Assembly (NCBI GenBank): GCA_012523545.1
Contig: JAAYIH010000009.1
Location: 1,248-65,247 of the forward strand
Origin: Bacillota bacterium
Lineage (GTDB): Bacteria > Bacillota > Proteinivoracia > UBA4975
Reading direction: 5' to 3'
Length of the DNA stretch: 64,000 nt
The notes beneath the pieces are model-generated. The model was not told the DNA's origin, did not search any database, and saw only the letters and a program-made list of their open reading frames with translations. Positions 20,873-31,952 of this stretch are shown piece by piece. Both the position numbers and the translations under genes were made by a program. The first letter of the stretch is position 1. Each line of letters begins with the position of its first letter.

Positions 20873-21406
20873 TCACATCCCTCCCAGAATCCTGAAGATG
20901 AAGGCGGTGGCCAGCACCGCCGCTGCGGCGATGGTCCCCAGCTTGCCGCCGAAGCCTTCATAGACGGGCTGGACAAGGTAAAAGATAACCCCCACCAGCA
21001 CGCCGGTGCAAAAGACCATGGGCAGGTCTGCCAATATTGTTGGGGAGGACATGCCGGCAAAGGAAGCGGCGTAGGCCGTGGCCGCCAGGTTGCCCGGGAG
21101 GAACAAGGCCGCCAGCAGGCCCACCAGCCCCGACGCAACGCACGCGTCCAGGCCCAGGATGGTCCGCGAGGCCCAGGTCGCCGCGATGCCCGCCACCCCC
21201 GCAGCCAGGATGGGCAGCAATTTGCCTTCTGCCCGGCCGGGATTTTTCCGCAGGTCCAGGAAATGGAAAACAAGAGCACAAAGAAAAATGAGGCCGATTG
21301 CCGCCAGAACATACAGTTTCCATCCCCCGGTCCCGGCCAGGCTGCCCGCCAGGAGGCCCAGGCCGACCGCCGCCAGGATTATAAGGCTGATAACAGTCCT
21401 GCTCAC
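20873..21406 (-). CDS. Small membrane protein of unknown function (paralog A)
   Basis: Hydrophobic; AASFAGMSS and GFGGKLGTIA motifs; abuts fdhD. Confidence 0.8.
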   Translation of the reverse strand: MSRTVISLIILAAVGLGLLAGSLAGTGGWKLYVLAAIGLIFLCALVFHFLDLRKNPGRAEGKLLPILAAGVAGIAATWASRTILGLDACVASGLVGLLAALFLPGNLAATAYAASFAGMSSPTILADLPMVFCTGVLVGVIFYLVQPVYEGFGGKLGTIAAAAVLATAFIFRILGGM

Positions 21407-22114
21407 TTACAATTCCACCCTCCAAGGATTGCAGTATATGTTAAAACGCTGGCCGCGGGCAAAGCCCACCAGGGTCAGGCCCGCCTCCTCCGCCATGGCC
21501 ACCGCCAGCGACGTCGGCGCCGCCCGGGATATCACCAGGCCGATGCCCATGCGCCGGCATTTGGTCACCACTGCAGCGGAAATCCGGCCGCTGATCAGCA
21601 GGCACAAACGGGAGGGGTCACGATCCTCCAGAACGATGTTGCCGGCCAGTTTGTCGATGGCATTGTGCCGGGCCACGTCCTCCCGAAAAACGAGGATTTT
21701 ATCCCCGGCCAGAGCCGCGGCGTGCACCGCCCCGGTTTCGCGAAACAGGGCGGAGGCGGTGGAGAACTCCGCCATGAGGCCGGTTATCCGGGACGAGGAA
21801 AGCCTGATGCCACCCGGCCCCTGCCGGCGGAGGGACTCCTCTCCGGCGGCCGCCGGCGCCAGTTCCAGGACGGCCTGCCTGCCCCCGGCGTCCAGGGCCA
21901 GCGCCCTGATGTCACTTTTGGAGGCCAGCAGGCCATTGTTGTACGCATAGCCCACCGCCAGCTCTTCCAGGTCAGCGGGAGTGGCAAACAGAGTTGTGCA
22001 CCGGCGGCCGTTGACGACGATGGTCAGCGGCCATTCCCTGGCCAGCCAGTCGGGCTTTTCCACAGCTTGTCCCTCGCTTACCGAGAGCACCAGGCGCTCT
22101 TCCTTTTGGTCCAT
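21407..22114 (-). CDS. fdhD: Formate dehydrogenase accessory sulfurtransferase FdhD-like
   Basis: TPADLEELAVG, TGAVHAAAL, REDVARHNAIDK, SGRIS, APTSLA, LVGFARG. Confidence 0.9.
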   Translation of the reverse strand: MDQKEERLVLSVSEGQAVEKPDWLAREWPLTIVVNGRRCTTLFATPADLEELAVGYAYNNGLLASKSDIRALALDAGGRQAVLELAPAAAGEESLRRQGPGGIRLSSSRITGLMAEFSTASALFRETGAVHAAALAGDKILVFREDVARHNAIDKLAGNIVLEDRDPSRLCLLISGRISAAVVTKCRRMGIGLVISRAAPTSLAVAMAEEAGLTLVGFARGQRFNIYCNPWRVEL

Positions 22115-22157
22115 GGCCGTCCCTCCCCGTACCGCCGGGAATTATTGACAAAAAAAA

Positions 22158-22252
22158 TGGCGGGAATGCATGGGAATCGAACCCACCGCGGACATACCCT
22201 GCCCGCTACTGGATTTGAAGTCCAGAGAGCCCACCAGGACTCATCCATTCCC
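22158..22252 (-). tRNA. selC: tRNA-Sec (UCA)
   Basis: 95 nt; 6-bp D stem, anticodon loop CUUCAAA, long variable arm, GGUUCGAUUCC T arm, encoded CCA. Confidence 0.97.
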
Positions 22253-22258
22253 GCTACT

Positions 22259-22287
22259 ATTATACTGTGCCCGCGGCCGGGAGGCAA
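22259..22287 (-). promoter_or_regulatory. SigA promoter directly upstream of tRNA-Sec
   Basis: TTGCCT-N17-TATAAT. Confidence 0.75.
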
Positions 22288-22299
22288 GTTTTCCCCGGC

Positions 22300-23325
22300 T
22301 CACACCACCGCCAGCCGCTTGTCTCCGCCGGGGGGCAGCACGCGCCCGATGGGCCAACCCAGCCCGGCTGTGACCAGGGCGTCGGCATCCTTCGGCGGCA
22401 AACTGAAGAGCAGGCCGCCGGATGTCTGGGGGTCGAAGAGGAGGTCGACCTCGGCGCCGGACAGTTCCCGGACAAACTCCACCATGCCCTTGTTGTATTG
22501 CAGGTTGCGCTTGGCCCCGCCGGGCACCAGGCCCATTTCGGCGTGGTCCCGGGCGCCCGGGGCCAGCGGTACATTTTCCCAAATTATTTCCGCCCGGGTG
22601 TCGCTGGCCGTCATCATCTCCCCCAGGTGCCCCAGCAGGCCAAACCCGGTGATGTCAGTGCAGGCGTGGACTTCCAGCTCCCGGGCAGCCCGGGCGGCCC
22701 GGGCGTTGAGGGTCGTCATGATTTCGGTTATGGCCGCTACCTCCCCGGGGCTGGCCAGGCCTGCCTTGATGGCAGTACAGACAATGCCGCTGCCCAAAGG
22801 TTTGGTCAGCACCAGGGCATCCCCCGCCCGCGCCCCGGCATTGGTCCAGATGGCCCCGGGATGGACCAGGCCGTTGACAGCCAGGCCGTACATGGGGGTG
22901 TCGTCGGCGATGGAATGACCGCCGGCCAGGCGCGCCCCCGCCTCCTGGACTTTGTCGGCGCCGCCCCGGAGAATGGTCTCCAGCACCGCCAGGGGCAGGC
23001 AACGGGGAAAGGCCACTATGTTCAGTGCCAGCAACGGCTCGCCGCCCATGGCGTAGATGTCGCTGAGGGCGTTGGCCGCAGCCACCTGGCCAAAGGCATA
23101 GGGATCGTCCAGCATGGGCGTAAAGAAATCCAGGGTGCTGATCAAGGCCAGGTCGGGGCTGAGCTTGTACACAGCCGCATCGTCGGCGGTGTCCGCCCCC
23201 ACCAGCAGGCGTTCATCGGGTTTGAGGTTGAGACGGCCAAGGACGCTGGCCAGGTCCGCCGGACCCAGTTTAGCCCCTCAGCCGGCCGCCTCCACCATCT
23301 GGGTCAGGCGAATTTCTTCAGCCAC
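22300..23325 (-). CDS. selD: Selenophosphate synthetase (selenoprotein; in-frame UGA at 23278-23280)
   Basis: GTG 23325 after AAGGAG: MAEEIRLTQMVEAAG-U-GAKLGP; then DDAAV, DFFTP, NALSDIYAMGG, DITGFGLLGH, DPQTSGGLL. Confidence 0.95.
23250..23268 (-). promoter_or_regulatory. Putative SECIS hairpin in selD
   Basis: CUGGGUCC-GGC-GGACCUGG about 10 nt 3' of the UGA. Confidence 0.65.
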
Positions 23326-24214
23326 GGAGATCACTCCTTAACAAAAATTGCACGAAGGCCTGCTGGGCCGCCGAACGGAGGCGCCGGGACTGAACCAGCC
23401 AGAAATTGCGCCGCAGTTCCAGTCCTTCGACGCACGCCCAGGCCAGGCGGCCGCTGTCGGTGTAGTCGGCAGCAGCCGCTTTGGACACCACCGCCACCCC
23501 CAGGCCGCGGGCGGCGGCTTCCAGCAGAGCCCTGGAGCTGCCCAGCTCCATTATTATCTTCATATCATCGGGATCATAGCCCCTTTCGGCCAGGGCCCTT
23601 TCCAGCACCTGCCTGGTGGCCGAACCCTGGGTGCGTTGCAACAGGGGCTGCGCCAGCAGGTCCTCAACGCCGACCTTGTTCTGCCGGGCCAGGCCATAGT
23701 CGGGGGCAAAGACCGCCACCAGCTGGTCTTCAAAGACGACCTGGGCTTCCAGGGCGTCATCCTGGGGCTGGTAACCCACCACCGCCAGGTCCAGCCTGCC
23801 GTCCAGCAGGGCAGAGACGATTTCTTCGCTGGACCCCACCTCCATGCGCACCTCCAGTTCGGGGTGCAGGGAGTGAAATTGGCACAGCAACTGCGGCAGC
23901 AGGTAGTCGCCGGGAGTGGTGCTGGCGCCCAGGGCCAGGCGGCCCTGGAGGCGCTGCCGCACACTTTCCAGTTTGTGCAGCACCGCCTGCCAGTCCTGCA
24001 GGAACCGGCGGGCCTGGGCATAGAGGATGGCCCCCGCTTCGGTGGTCTCCAGCTTATGCCCCCGGCGGCGGAAGAGCTCCACCCCCAGGTCCTGGGCCAG
24101 AGCCTGCATCTGCATGCTCACCGCCGGCTGGGACAGGTGCACCCGCTCGGCGGCCCGGGAAAAGTTACCCGCTTCCACCACGTGGACAAAGGTTTTGAGA
24201 AAGTTGAGGTTCAC
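23318..24214 (-). CDS. LysR-family regulator in the selenium locus
   Basis: FSRAAERVHLSQPAVS HTH, GASTTPG; lies between selB and selD. Confidence 0.9.
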   Translation of the reverse strand: MNLNFLKTFVHVVEAGNFSRAAERVHLSQPAVSMQMQALAQDLGVELFRRRGHKLETTEAGAILYAQARRFLQDWQAVLHKLESVRQRLQGRLALGASTTPGDYLLPQLLCQFHSLHPELEVRMEVGSSEEIVSALLDGRLDLAVVGYQPQDDALEAQVVFEDQLVAVFAPDYGLARQNKVGVEDLLAQPLLQRTQGSATRQVLERALAERGYDPDDMKIIMELGSSRALLEAAARGLGVAVVSKAAAADYTDSGRLAWACVEGLELRRNFWLVQSRRLRSAAQQAFVQFLLRSDLRG

Positions 24215-24218
24215 GGTA

Positions 24219-26105
24219 TCACCCCCGCAGTTTCGCTCCGGGAATGCGCACATCCCCCCGGCGCCGGGTATAACCGGCGCCGTCCAGGTATTCCAGCAAG
24301 GGCAGGGCGTACTTGCGGCTGGTGCCCAAGTAGTCCCGGAACTGGGCCAGGGTCAGCTGGGCTTGGTCCTGGAAGTGCCGGGCCAGGCGCGCAACAGCCT
24401 CTTCCACCGCCTCCCGGGCAAATACCAGGTCTCCGGCCTGGATCAGAGCCCCTTCATCGCGCAAAAGCTGCACCACCGGCCCCACCTGGCCCAGTGCTTC
24501 CAGTTCCGCCCGCTCGGGGGGTGCAAAGAGGTTCCGGCGCACCAGGGCCAAAATTTGTTCCCTGAGTTGGGCCTGGGCCTCGTTCAGCTGCACCCGGTGC
24601 TCGGCCAGGGCCAGTTCCTGGCCGCGGATTTCAACGCCCGTGCCAGGCAGGGCGGCTTCCAGCAGGGCGGCAAAGCCGCGGCTGCTGAGGCCGGGCAACA
24701 GCCTGGTGCGCACCTCCTCCCGGGGCATGCCCTGGCGGAGGGGATGCTCCTGGTGCCACCGGGCCAACAGAGCGCGCAGATCCTGGCTGAACTGCCGGCT
24801 TTCGCTGAAATACCAGGTCTCGCCGTCGGCGGCGAAGCTGAGCACCGCCTGCCCTAGTTGGGCCAGACCCGCATCCAGTTCGGCGGGGGCCAGCTGGGTG
24901 CGGGCCAGCAGCTGACTCCGGGACAGGGGACGACCGGCCTCCTGGAGATAGGAGAGGGTCACGGCGGCAGGCTGGCCTTTCTCCCGCACCAGCAAGTTGC
25001 GCACCACCGCCTCCTTGCGCCGGCTGAGGCGGCGCCGGCCCGTCTCGATAATCTCGCCGCCGCCGATGGTGGTCACCGGCGACCACGACCGGATTACATA
25101 GCGGTCGCCCCGCACGGCCACCACCGGTTCGTTGAGGCGGAATTGCACCAGAGCGTCGCCGCCGGGTTCCAGCACATCTGTGCCCAGCAACACCGCCCGG
25201 CCCAGGGTCTCGCTGGACCCGCAGTGAAAGCGGATGCGGCTGTTGGTAACCAGGGGCGGCGCCGAGGGCAACAGTTTGAGGCGGGCGGCGACCTTGTCCA
25301 CCGCCTCCAGCCCCTGGCCTTTAAAGAGGACCTGGCCCCGGCGCACATCCTGCCTTTCCACCCCGGCCAGGTTCACCGCCACCCGTTGCCCCGGCTCGGC
25401 CCGGGCCACCTGGTTGCCGTGAACCTGGAGCTGGCGTACCCGGGCCTGGATTTCGCCGGGCATCAACAGCACCTGGTCCCCCTCCCGGAGGGGACCGTCC
25501 AGCAAGGTCCCCGTAACTACGGTGCCAAAACCCTTGAGGACGAAGGCCCGGTCCACCGGCAGCCGGGAAAAGCTGCGCCGGGGCCGGGGCGGCGCGCTGC
25601 CGACGGCCTGGACAATGGCCTCCCGCAGCTGATCCAGACCCTGTCCTGTGGGAGCGGCAACCCGGATGCGGGGCGCCGATTCCAGGAAAGTCCCGGCCAG
25701 GGTCTCGGCGATATCCGCTTCGGCCAGTTCCGCCGTTTCCTCGTCCACCAGGTCCACCTTGGTAATAACCACAATGCCCGCCTTTACGCCCAGGAATTCC
25801 AGAATGGCCAGGTGTTCCCGGGTCTGGGGCATGACGCCTTCATCGGCGGCCACCACCAGCAGGACCAGATCGATGCCGGCAGCGCCGGCCAGCATGTTCT
25901 TGACAAAGCGTTCGTGTCCCGGCACGTCGATGATGCCTGCCCGGCGCCCGTCGGGCAGGTCAAACCAGGCAAAACCCAGTTCGATGGTGATACCCCGTTG
26001 CTGTTCCTGCTGGAGACGGTCGGTGTCGATGCCTGTCAGGGCCCGGATCAGGGTGGTCTTGCCGTGGTCGACGTGGCCGGCGGTACCGATAATTACATTA
26101 CCCAT
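24219..26105 (-). CDS. selB: Selenocysteine-specific elongation factor
   Basis: [22 protein letters not shown]-terminal [13 protein letters not shown] winged helix. Confidence 0.97.
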   Translation of the reverse strand: MGNVIIGTAGHVDHGKTTLIRALTGIDTDRLQQEQQRGITIELGFAWFDLPDGRRAGIIDVPGHERFVKNMLAGAAGIDLVLLVVAADEGVMPQTREHLAILEFLGVKAGIVVITKVDLVDEETAELAEADIAETLAGTFLESAPRIRVAAPTGQGLDQLREAIVQAVGSAPPRPRRSFSRLPVDRAFVLKGFGTVVTGTLLDGPLREGDQVLLMPGEIQARVRQLQVHGNQVARAEPGQRVAVNLAGVERQDVRRGQVLFKGQGLEAVDKVAARLKLLPSAPPLVTNSRIRFHCGSSETLGRAVLLGTDVLEPGGDALVQFRLNEPVVAVRGDRYVIRSWSPVTTIGGGEIIETGRRRLSRRKEAVVRNLLVREKGQPAAVTLSYLQEAGRPLSRSQLLARTQLAPAELDAGLAQLGQAVLSFAADGETWYFSESRQFSQDLRALLARWHQEHPLRQGMPREEVRTRLLPGLSSRGFAALLEAALPGTGVEIRGQELALAEHRVQLNEAQAQLREQILALVRRNLFAPPERAELEALGQVGPVVQLLRDEGALIQAGDLVFAREAVEEAVARLARHFQDQAQLTLAQFRDYLGTSRKYALPLLEYLDGAGYTRRRGDVRIPGAKLRG

Positions 26106-27477
26106 TTTGCTCCCCCTCCAGGACTGCCGCCACTGCCGCAGCTGCCATGGGGATTTCTGCGGCGCCGACGGTGCGCAGGTCCAGCAGCACCGGCTCATCC
26201 CGCACCCGGGCCACAACCGGCACCCGTGCCCGGCGCAGCGCCGCCGCCAGCTCCCGGGCCGGCCGGGCCGAGGTAATCTTTACCGCCCTGGTTTCCAGCT
26301 GATGCAGGGGCAGAGCGCCGCCCCCCACCGGGCTGGTTTCGGCCACCACCTCCACCTTCAGGGGCAGGGCAGCCAGGGCACCTGCCAGCTCCCGGGCCCG
26401 CGCCTCCACGGCTTCCAGGGGCTCGGTGAGCATGGCCAGCACCGGAACCTTTTTCCAGCCCCCATTTTCCACATACAACGCCAGCGTGGCGGACAGGGCG
26501 GCCAGAGTTACCTTGTCGCAGCGCAGGGCCCGGGCCAGGGGATGCTTCCTGAGCCGGTCTATCCACTTTTTGGCCCCCACCACAATGCCGCACTGGGGCC
26601 CCCCCAGCATCTTGTCGCCGCTGAAGCAGACCAGGTCGGCCCCGGCTTCCACGCTTTCCTGCACCGTGGGCTCGTCAATGCCGTATGGGCGCAGGTCCAC
26701 CAGAGTGCCGCTGCCCAGGTCGTCCAGCACCGGCAGGTTGTATTCCCGCCCCAGGGCCACCAGTTCGGCCAGGGTCACTTCGTGCTGAAAACCCACCACC
26801 CGGTAATTGGAAGGGTGCACCCGCATCAGCACGCCGGTTTCGGCGGTGATGGCACGGCGGTAGTCGTCCAGGTAGGTCTTGTTGGTGGTACCCACTTCCA
26901 CCAGGCGCACGCCGCTCTGCTCCATCACTTCCGGCACCCGGAAGGAGCCGCCGATCTCCACCAGTTGTCCCCGGGAAATGATGCCCTCCTTGCCTCTGGC
27001 CACTGCGGCCAGGGCCAGGAGCACGGCGGCAGCGTTGTTGTTGACGGCCAGGGCGGCCTCGGCCCCGGTGAGGCGGCAGAGGAGCTCTTCCACGTGGGCG
27101 TGGCGCGAGCCCCGCTCCCCCGAGTCCATATCCATCTCCAGGTTGCAGTAACCGGCAGCGGCCGCAGCGGCTTCGACGGCTTCCGGGGCCAGGGGCGACC
27201 GGCCCAAGTTGGTGTGGATGATGACCCCGGTGGCGTTGATGACGCGGCCGGGGCCGGCCTGGGTAAGCTGCGCCAAACGGAGCTCCACCCGGCGGCGCAG
27301 TTCCGCGGCCGTGGGCACTGCGGTGTCGCCGGCCAGGATGGCCCGGCGGGCCCGGTCCAGTTCCCCTTCCAGAGCAGCTTTGACCTGGGTCCGGGTATAC
27401 CGTTGCATCAGTCCCGCCCACTCGGCGCTGTCCAGCAGGCTGCCCACCTGGGGCAGTTTGCTGAGGTATGCCTGCAT
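26098..27477 (-). CDS. selA: L-seryl-tRNA(Sec) selenium transferase
   Basis: [44 protein letters not shown]. Confidence 0.97.
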   Translation of the reverse strand: MQAYLSKLPQVGSLLDSAEWAGLMQRYTRTQVKAALEGELDRARRAILAGDTAVPTAAELRRRVELRLAQLTQAGPGRVINATGVIIHTNLGRSPLAPEAVEAAAAAAGYCNLEMDMDSGERGSRHAHVEELLCRLTGAEAALAVNNNAAAVLLALAAVARGKEGIISRGQLVEIGGSFRVPEVMEQSGVRLVEVGTTNKTYLDDYRRAITAETGVLMRVHPSNYRVVGFQHEVTLAELVALGREYNLPVLDDLGSGTLVDLRPYGIDEPTVQESVEAGADLVCFSGDKMLGGPQCGIVVGAKKWIDRLRKHPLARALRCDKVTLAALSATLALYVENGGWKKVPVLAMLTEPLEAVEARARELAGALAALPLKVEVVAETSPVGGGALPLHQLETRAVKITSARPARELAAALRRARVPVVARVRDEPVLLDLRTVGAAEIPMAAAAVAAVLEGEQNG

Positions 27478-27560
27478 TTATTTCCCTCCTTGCCCGTAAA
27501 GACCAAAGTTCCAATTAATGATATTATAATATATTTTTATATACCAGTCGAGCAAACACC

Positions 27561-27588
27561 AAGGGCCCTGCCCGGGGGCAAGGCCCTT
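27561..27588. terminator. Possible terminator hairpin after the vWA operon
   Basis: AAGGGCC-CTGCCC..GGGCA-AGGCCCTT. Confidence 0.45.
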
Positions 27589-27595
27589 CTCTCCG

Positions 27596-30202
27596 TCACT
27601 TTTTGCGCTTGGCGGCCAGCAGCCTCTCCATGACCTCGTCGGCCTTTTCTTCCTCCGCCGGCGGGGCGGGCCTGACTTTGCCCCGCCGCCTGCCCCTTCC
27701 CGGCAAGCCGCCGAAGCGGCGCAGGGCTATATCCGCCGGCCACAGGACGATGGCGGCCAGCGCCAGCCACCAGGTAATGTCGGTGGACTTGCGGGGCGGA
27801 GCAGCCTTGACATTAAAGACCTCCTGCGGCTCGCTCAGCACCCGGCCGCCGGTTTGGGCGGCGATTTGCTCCAGCAAGCCGCGCCCGGAATAACGCTGGA
27901 TCTGAAATTCCGGCGGGTACGGCACGGCGAAGCCGCCCAGGGCCTGGGCGACGACAACGCCGTCCCGGCGCCGGGTGGCGCTGAGGAGGTAGACTCCCTG
28001 GCCTGCCTGCTCCAGGCTGGCGGTGTACATGCCCCGGCCGGCGGGAAGCAATTCCAGTTCACGCTCATTGCCCCGGGCATCCACCAGCGTCACCGCCAGG
28101 CTCTCCCCCTCTTCCAGGGGGCTGGTCAGGGCGGATATCTCCACCCCGGCGCCCTGCAGGCGCGATTCCAGGGCAATGTCCCCGCTGGAACCGCTGGGGG
28201 TTACCCAGCTCAGGATGTCCAGCCACAGGCTGGCAAACCCGGGATGGGCCAGGAAATCCATGCTCCACATCCCGTACGTGTCGCTGGTGAAGGCCACCGC
28301 CCGGCCCAGGCCGTACTGCCAGCGGGCCAGAAGCGGGTGGTCCCGGTGGGTGCCCAGAAGCACTTCAGCCAGCGGCTTGGCGGTGGAGGCGATGTAGCCA
28401 CCGAAACCGGGCATATCTCCCGCCAGGGCTACGGCGTCGGGATGGAGCAGGACAGGGACAAAGGGCTCCTCCACCAGCCACTCTCCCCCCGCCAGCACCG
28501 TCTCCTGGATGAAAATCTCGGGCAGGTCCCGGCCCTGGAGAGCTTCATAGGAACGGCCGTTGCCCTCTTCGGCCAGGAAGCGCATGTGCCGGCTATCGGC
28601 CTGCTCGCCCAGGGCAATGGTGCTGATGGATATACCCCCCGCCCGGGCCCGTTCCAGCAGGCTCTGGTAATTAAACTGGCTCCCCTCCTGGCCGTCGCTG
28701 AGGAGGATGATGTGCTTGGCCTTGGTACTGCCCTCCAGCATTCGCACCGCCGCCTCCAGGGCGTGGTAGATTACAGTGCCTCCTCCTTCTCTGATTCCCC
28801 TGATGACCTCTGCTATTTTTTCCTTGTCGGCGAGGGGAGTGAGGCCAATCTCCTCATAGTAACTGGTGTCGAAGGTTATTACGCCCAGGCGATCCCGTTC
28901 CTTGAGGACATCCAGGGCGCGCAGAGCAGCGTTTTTGGCCATATTCAGCTTTTCGCCGGCCATGCTGCTGGACTTGTCGATGACCAGGACCATGTCCAGG
29001 CCGGGCAACTCTTCCTTTTGCTCCACTTCCATACTGACGGGCAACAGCTCTTCCAGCGGGGTGTCCTGGTACATACCCAGGCCAAAGGAAGTCCTGCCGC
29101 CCGTGGCCACCAGGCCGCCCCCCAGCACCCGGACAAAGTTTTCCAGGGCCTGCATTTCCGCCTCCTGAAGGGCGTAGGCCGGCACATCGGCCAGAACCAC
29201 CGCCCTGTAAGCGGCCAGGGCGACGGGGGAGAGATCTGCGTTGTCGGCGGGCCGGGTGTCCACCGCCAGGCCCGCGGCGGTAAGGGCCCCGGTCAGGGCC
29301 GCGCCCTTGCCGGGCCTGCCCTCCACCACCAGCACCCGGGGCGGGGCCTGGACAAAGGTAAGGCCGTCCATGGAGTTGTTGCGCGCTTCGGTATCCACGG
29401 CAGGCTCGATGCTGGCCCGCACCCGTTGCAGATTCTGCCCCTGCACCACCAGGGGAACCGAAAAGGACTGGCTGCCCGGGGACAGCTCCACCTCAGTCCG
29501 GAAAACCAGGTTGCTGCCCCAAAATACCATCAGCTCTGCCGCTGTGGCCACCGTGGATTCCACCGTCACCTCGGCCACCACCTCCTGGCCCGGCCAGGTG
29601 TTCTTGGGCAGCGCAATATTGCCCACGGCCACTTCATCCCCCTGTTCGGTGCTAAGGGGGAGAACGTCGACGGGAATGCCCGCCCTGGCCAGCAGCTCGG
29701 CCTGAGCCAGGGCGTCGCCGCTGTTCTCCAGGCCGTCGCTGATGAGGACGATGCGGCTGCCGCTGCCCGGCAGCAGGCTGTAAGCCGTTTCCAGAGCCCT
29801 TTGCAAATCTGTAAACTCTGCATCCACCTCTGCCCCGGTGACGGGCAACCCTGCCATGGCAAAGGGCTTGAGCAGGCGGGTGTCGCGGCCGAAAGCCACC
29901 ACTGCAGCCCGGTCCTTTGGCCCCATGGCCTTTAGGCTGCGGCTGATCCAGGGAATATAGTCTTCACCCCTGGCGCTGTGGGACCGGTCCAGGAGGTAGA
30001 CGACACTGAATCCCGGCACCGCTGTCACCAGGTGAGGCCCGGCCAGGGCCAGCACCAGGAGGGCGATGATGGCTCCCCGCAGGGCCAGAATTAACGCCCG
30101 GGAGCCCGGGGGATAGCGACGGCGCCCGTTGTACACCGCCAGCAGCACAGCACCCGGAAGCAAAAGCAAGAGGTACCAGGGACTGGCGAAGCTAAGACCC
30201 AT
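27596..30202 (-). CDS. Membrane protein with two vWA domains and a GATase-like (DUF1355-like) domain
   Basis: MIDAS LDRSHS and [39 protein letters not shown]; TM at both ends. Confidence 0.82.
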   Translation of the reverse strand: MGLSFASPWYLLLLLPGAVLLAVYNGRRRYPPGSRALILALRGAIIALLVLALAGPHLVTAVPGFSVVYLLDRSHSARGEDYIPWISRSLKAMGPKDRAAVVAFGRDTRLLKPFAMAGLPVTGAEVDAEFTDLQRALETAYSLLPGSGSRIVLISDGLENSGDALAQAELLARAGIPVDVLPLSTEQGDEVAVGNIALPKNTWPGQEVVAEVTVESTVATAAELMVFWGSNLVFRTEVELSPGSQSFSVPLVVQGQNLQRVRASIEPAVDTEARNNSMDGLTFVQAPPRVLVVEGRPGKGAALTGALTAAGLAVDTRPADNADLSPVALAAYRAVVLADVPAYALQEAEMQALENFVRVLGGGLVATGGRTSFGLGMYQDTPLEELLPVSMEVEQKEELPGLDMVLVIDKSSSMAGEKLNMAKNAALRALDVLKERDRLGVITFDTSYYEEIGLTPLADKEKIAEVIRGIREGGGTVIYHALEAAVRMLEGSTKAKHIILLSDGQEGSQFNYQSLLERARAGGISISTIALGEQADSRHMRFLAEEGNGRSYEALQGRDLPEIFIQETVLAGGEWLVEEPFVPVLLHPDAVALAGDMPGFGGYIASTAKPLAEVLLGTHRDHPLLARWQYGLGRAVAFTSDTYGMWSMDFLAHPGFASLWLDILSWVTPSGSSGDIALESRLQGAGVEISALTSPLEEGESLAVTLVDARGNERELELLPAGRGMYTASLEQAGQGVYLLSATRRRDGVVVAQALGGFAVPYPPEFQIQRYSGRGLLEQIAAQTGGRVLSEPQEVFNVKAAPPRKSTDITWWLALAAIVLWPADIALRRFGGLPGRGRRRGKVRPAPPAEEEKADEVMERLLAAKRKK

Positions 30203-31937
30203 AGTTATCCACCCCCCATTCCAGCGCCACCAGCACCAGGGCGACCAGGAGCAGCGGCCAGAGCAGCGGGGTCTTGGCCACGCTCAGGGTCCCCGCCACC
30301 GACCCGGCTGCCGTCTCCAGTTCCCGGCGGGCGGCCAGGGAATCGGTCACCACCGGAGCGTTGACGGCCACCGTCTGCTCCCCTTCCGGCGACCGGTAAA
30401 CATATACGCCGGCCCTCAGCCTTGTGCCCGCCGTCAATGGTTCTGAAGCGCCGGCGGGCAGCAGGGAGACGTCGCCGCCCGGAACGGCCTGGCCGAATTT
30501 GAGCGGCACCGGCGGCTGGCTGTGGCCGGTAAAGCGCTCCAGGATGTTGCGCAGCAAGATGGGAAAGGCGGGGCGCAGGGGCAGGTCTCCTGCCTGCACG
30601 GCGAAGCCAAAGACCACCAGGGGGCAGCCCTGTTGCTGGTACTCGCTGGCCAGCAAGCCCCGGTCGCTTTCCAGCAATCCGCTTCCTCCCACCACCGTCT
30701 TACCGAAACCGATGCTTACTTCGCTGAAATCGGCATAGGTCATAAGGGGATGGGGCAGGGGACGCAGTGCAGAAATCTGTACCGGCGGCCCCGTGCCGAA
30801 GTGGGGATTGGGGTGGGGCGGATCGAAGACCAGCACCGGGGCAGCGGGCAATTCCCCGGGCAAAAATCCGTCCAGGACAAAGACATCGTACAGCTCCGCC
30901 ATCTCCGGCGTATAGGCTTCGGGAGCGACGCGGCTGACCGTCAGGCGGGGAAAGAGGAGCAGGCCCCGCTCCAAAAAGAGGTTGCCGGCGCTGACCAGGA
31001 GCAGGCGCCGGGGTCTGTCGCTCCGGGTCAGAGCGTAAAATTCATTGTCCAGAGCCACCTGGTCGTCGGCGCTGATGAGCACAGCCTTGTACCAGGAGCT
31101 TTGCGGCAAATTGCGCCACACCAGCACCTTCCGCTCCCCCGGGGGCAACTCCACCCCGCGGCGTCCCACCGGAACCCCGGCGGCATCCCGCACCTCCACC
31201 TGAGCGGCAAGGGGCCTGGTGCCGTTGTTGTATACGCTGACATAAACCTGTTCGCCGTCGGCCACCACATCTTCCAGCAAGAGGTTGCCCACCTCGGCGC
31301 CGCCCACGGCGACAAAACTGAAGTCGGCCTCGGGAAGGCGGGCAAAGGAGCTGAAGCAGCCGGCGCTGAAAAGTATGACATGGGCGCCGCCCTCCGCCTT
31401 GGCCATATTCTCCGCCAGGGCCAGGGCGGCATCGAGATTGGCCCGGGCCGAATCCACCTGTATCCGGTCCAGGGCCTGGAGCAGCGTAGCGGCATTGACG
31501 TTGAAGCCGCTGACCACAACAGCTTCTTCACCCATGGCAATAAGGGCCAGGCGGTCTCCCGGAGCCTTGCCCCTGATCATGGCCCTGACCTGGTCCTTGG
31601 CCAGTTCCAGGCGCGTCCCGCCCTTTTCGGCCACCGCCATGGACATGGAAGTATCTATAATTATGACGCTGGTCCGGCTGACACCGCCGATGACGGTGAC
31701 CACCGGCCGGGCCAGGGCCAAAACCAAAACCAGGGCGACGAGAATCTGCAAAGCCAGGAGCAGGCTGCGCAGCAGTCTGGACAGGCGCAGGGCAGGGATG
31801 TTGAGGCGTTCCAGGCGCAGCCAGAGCATGATGCTGGACACCGTTTGGGGGCGGGTGCGCTTTTTTAACATGTACAGCAGAATGATTGCCGGAATTGCCA
31901 GCCCTGCCAGCAGGGCCAGGGGCGTCAGCAGCGTCAT
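30192..31937 (-). CDS. BatA-like N-terminus plus vWA domain protein
   Basis: PLALLAGLAIPAIILLYML..VSSIMLW, LALARP, IIDTSMSM, C-terminal TM LEW. Confidence 0.82.
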   Translation of the reverse strand: MTLLTPLALLAGLAIPAIILLYMLKKRTRPQTVSSIMLWLRLERLNIPALRLSRLLRSLLLALQILVALVLVLALARPVVTVIGGVSRTSVIIIDTSMSMAVAEKGGTRLELAKDQVRAMIRGKAPGDRLALIAMGEEAVVVSGFNVNAATLLQALDRIQVDSARANLDAALALAENMAKAEGGAHVILFSAGCFSSFARLPEADFSFVAVGGAEVGNLLLEDVVADGEQVYVSVYNNGTRPLAAQVEVRDAAGVPVGRRGVELPPGERKVLVWRNLPQSSWYKAVLISADDQVALDNEFYALTRSDRPRRLLLVSAGNLFLERGLLLFPRLTVSRVAPEAYTPEMAELYDVFVLDGFLPGELPAAPVLVFDPPHPNPHFGTGPPVQISALRPLPHPLMTYADFSEVSIGFGKTVVGGSGLLESDRGLLASEYQQQGCPLVVFGFAVQAGDLPLRPAFPILLRNILERFTGHSQPPVPLKFGQAVPGGDVSLLPAGASEPLTAGTRLRAGVYVYRSPEGEQTVAVNAPVVTDSLAARRELETAAGSVAGTLSVAKTPLLWPLLLVALVLVALEWGVDNYGS

Positions 31938-31952
31938 GCGCCCTCCCTCCTT

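Noticed and set aside
22100-22260. selC as an island integration site
   Set aside because: No integrase and no duplicated tRNA 3' end seen in the window
23203-23325. selD as a nonsense pseudogene
   Set aside because: The UGA sits at the catalytic residue, with a SECIS-like hairpin and complete selA/selB/selC alongside
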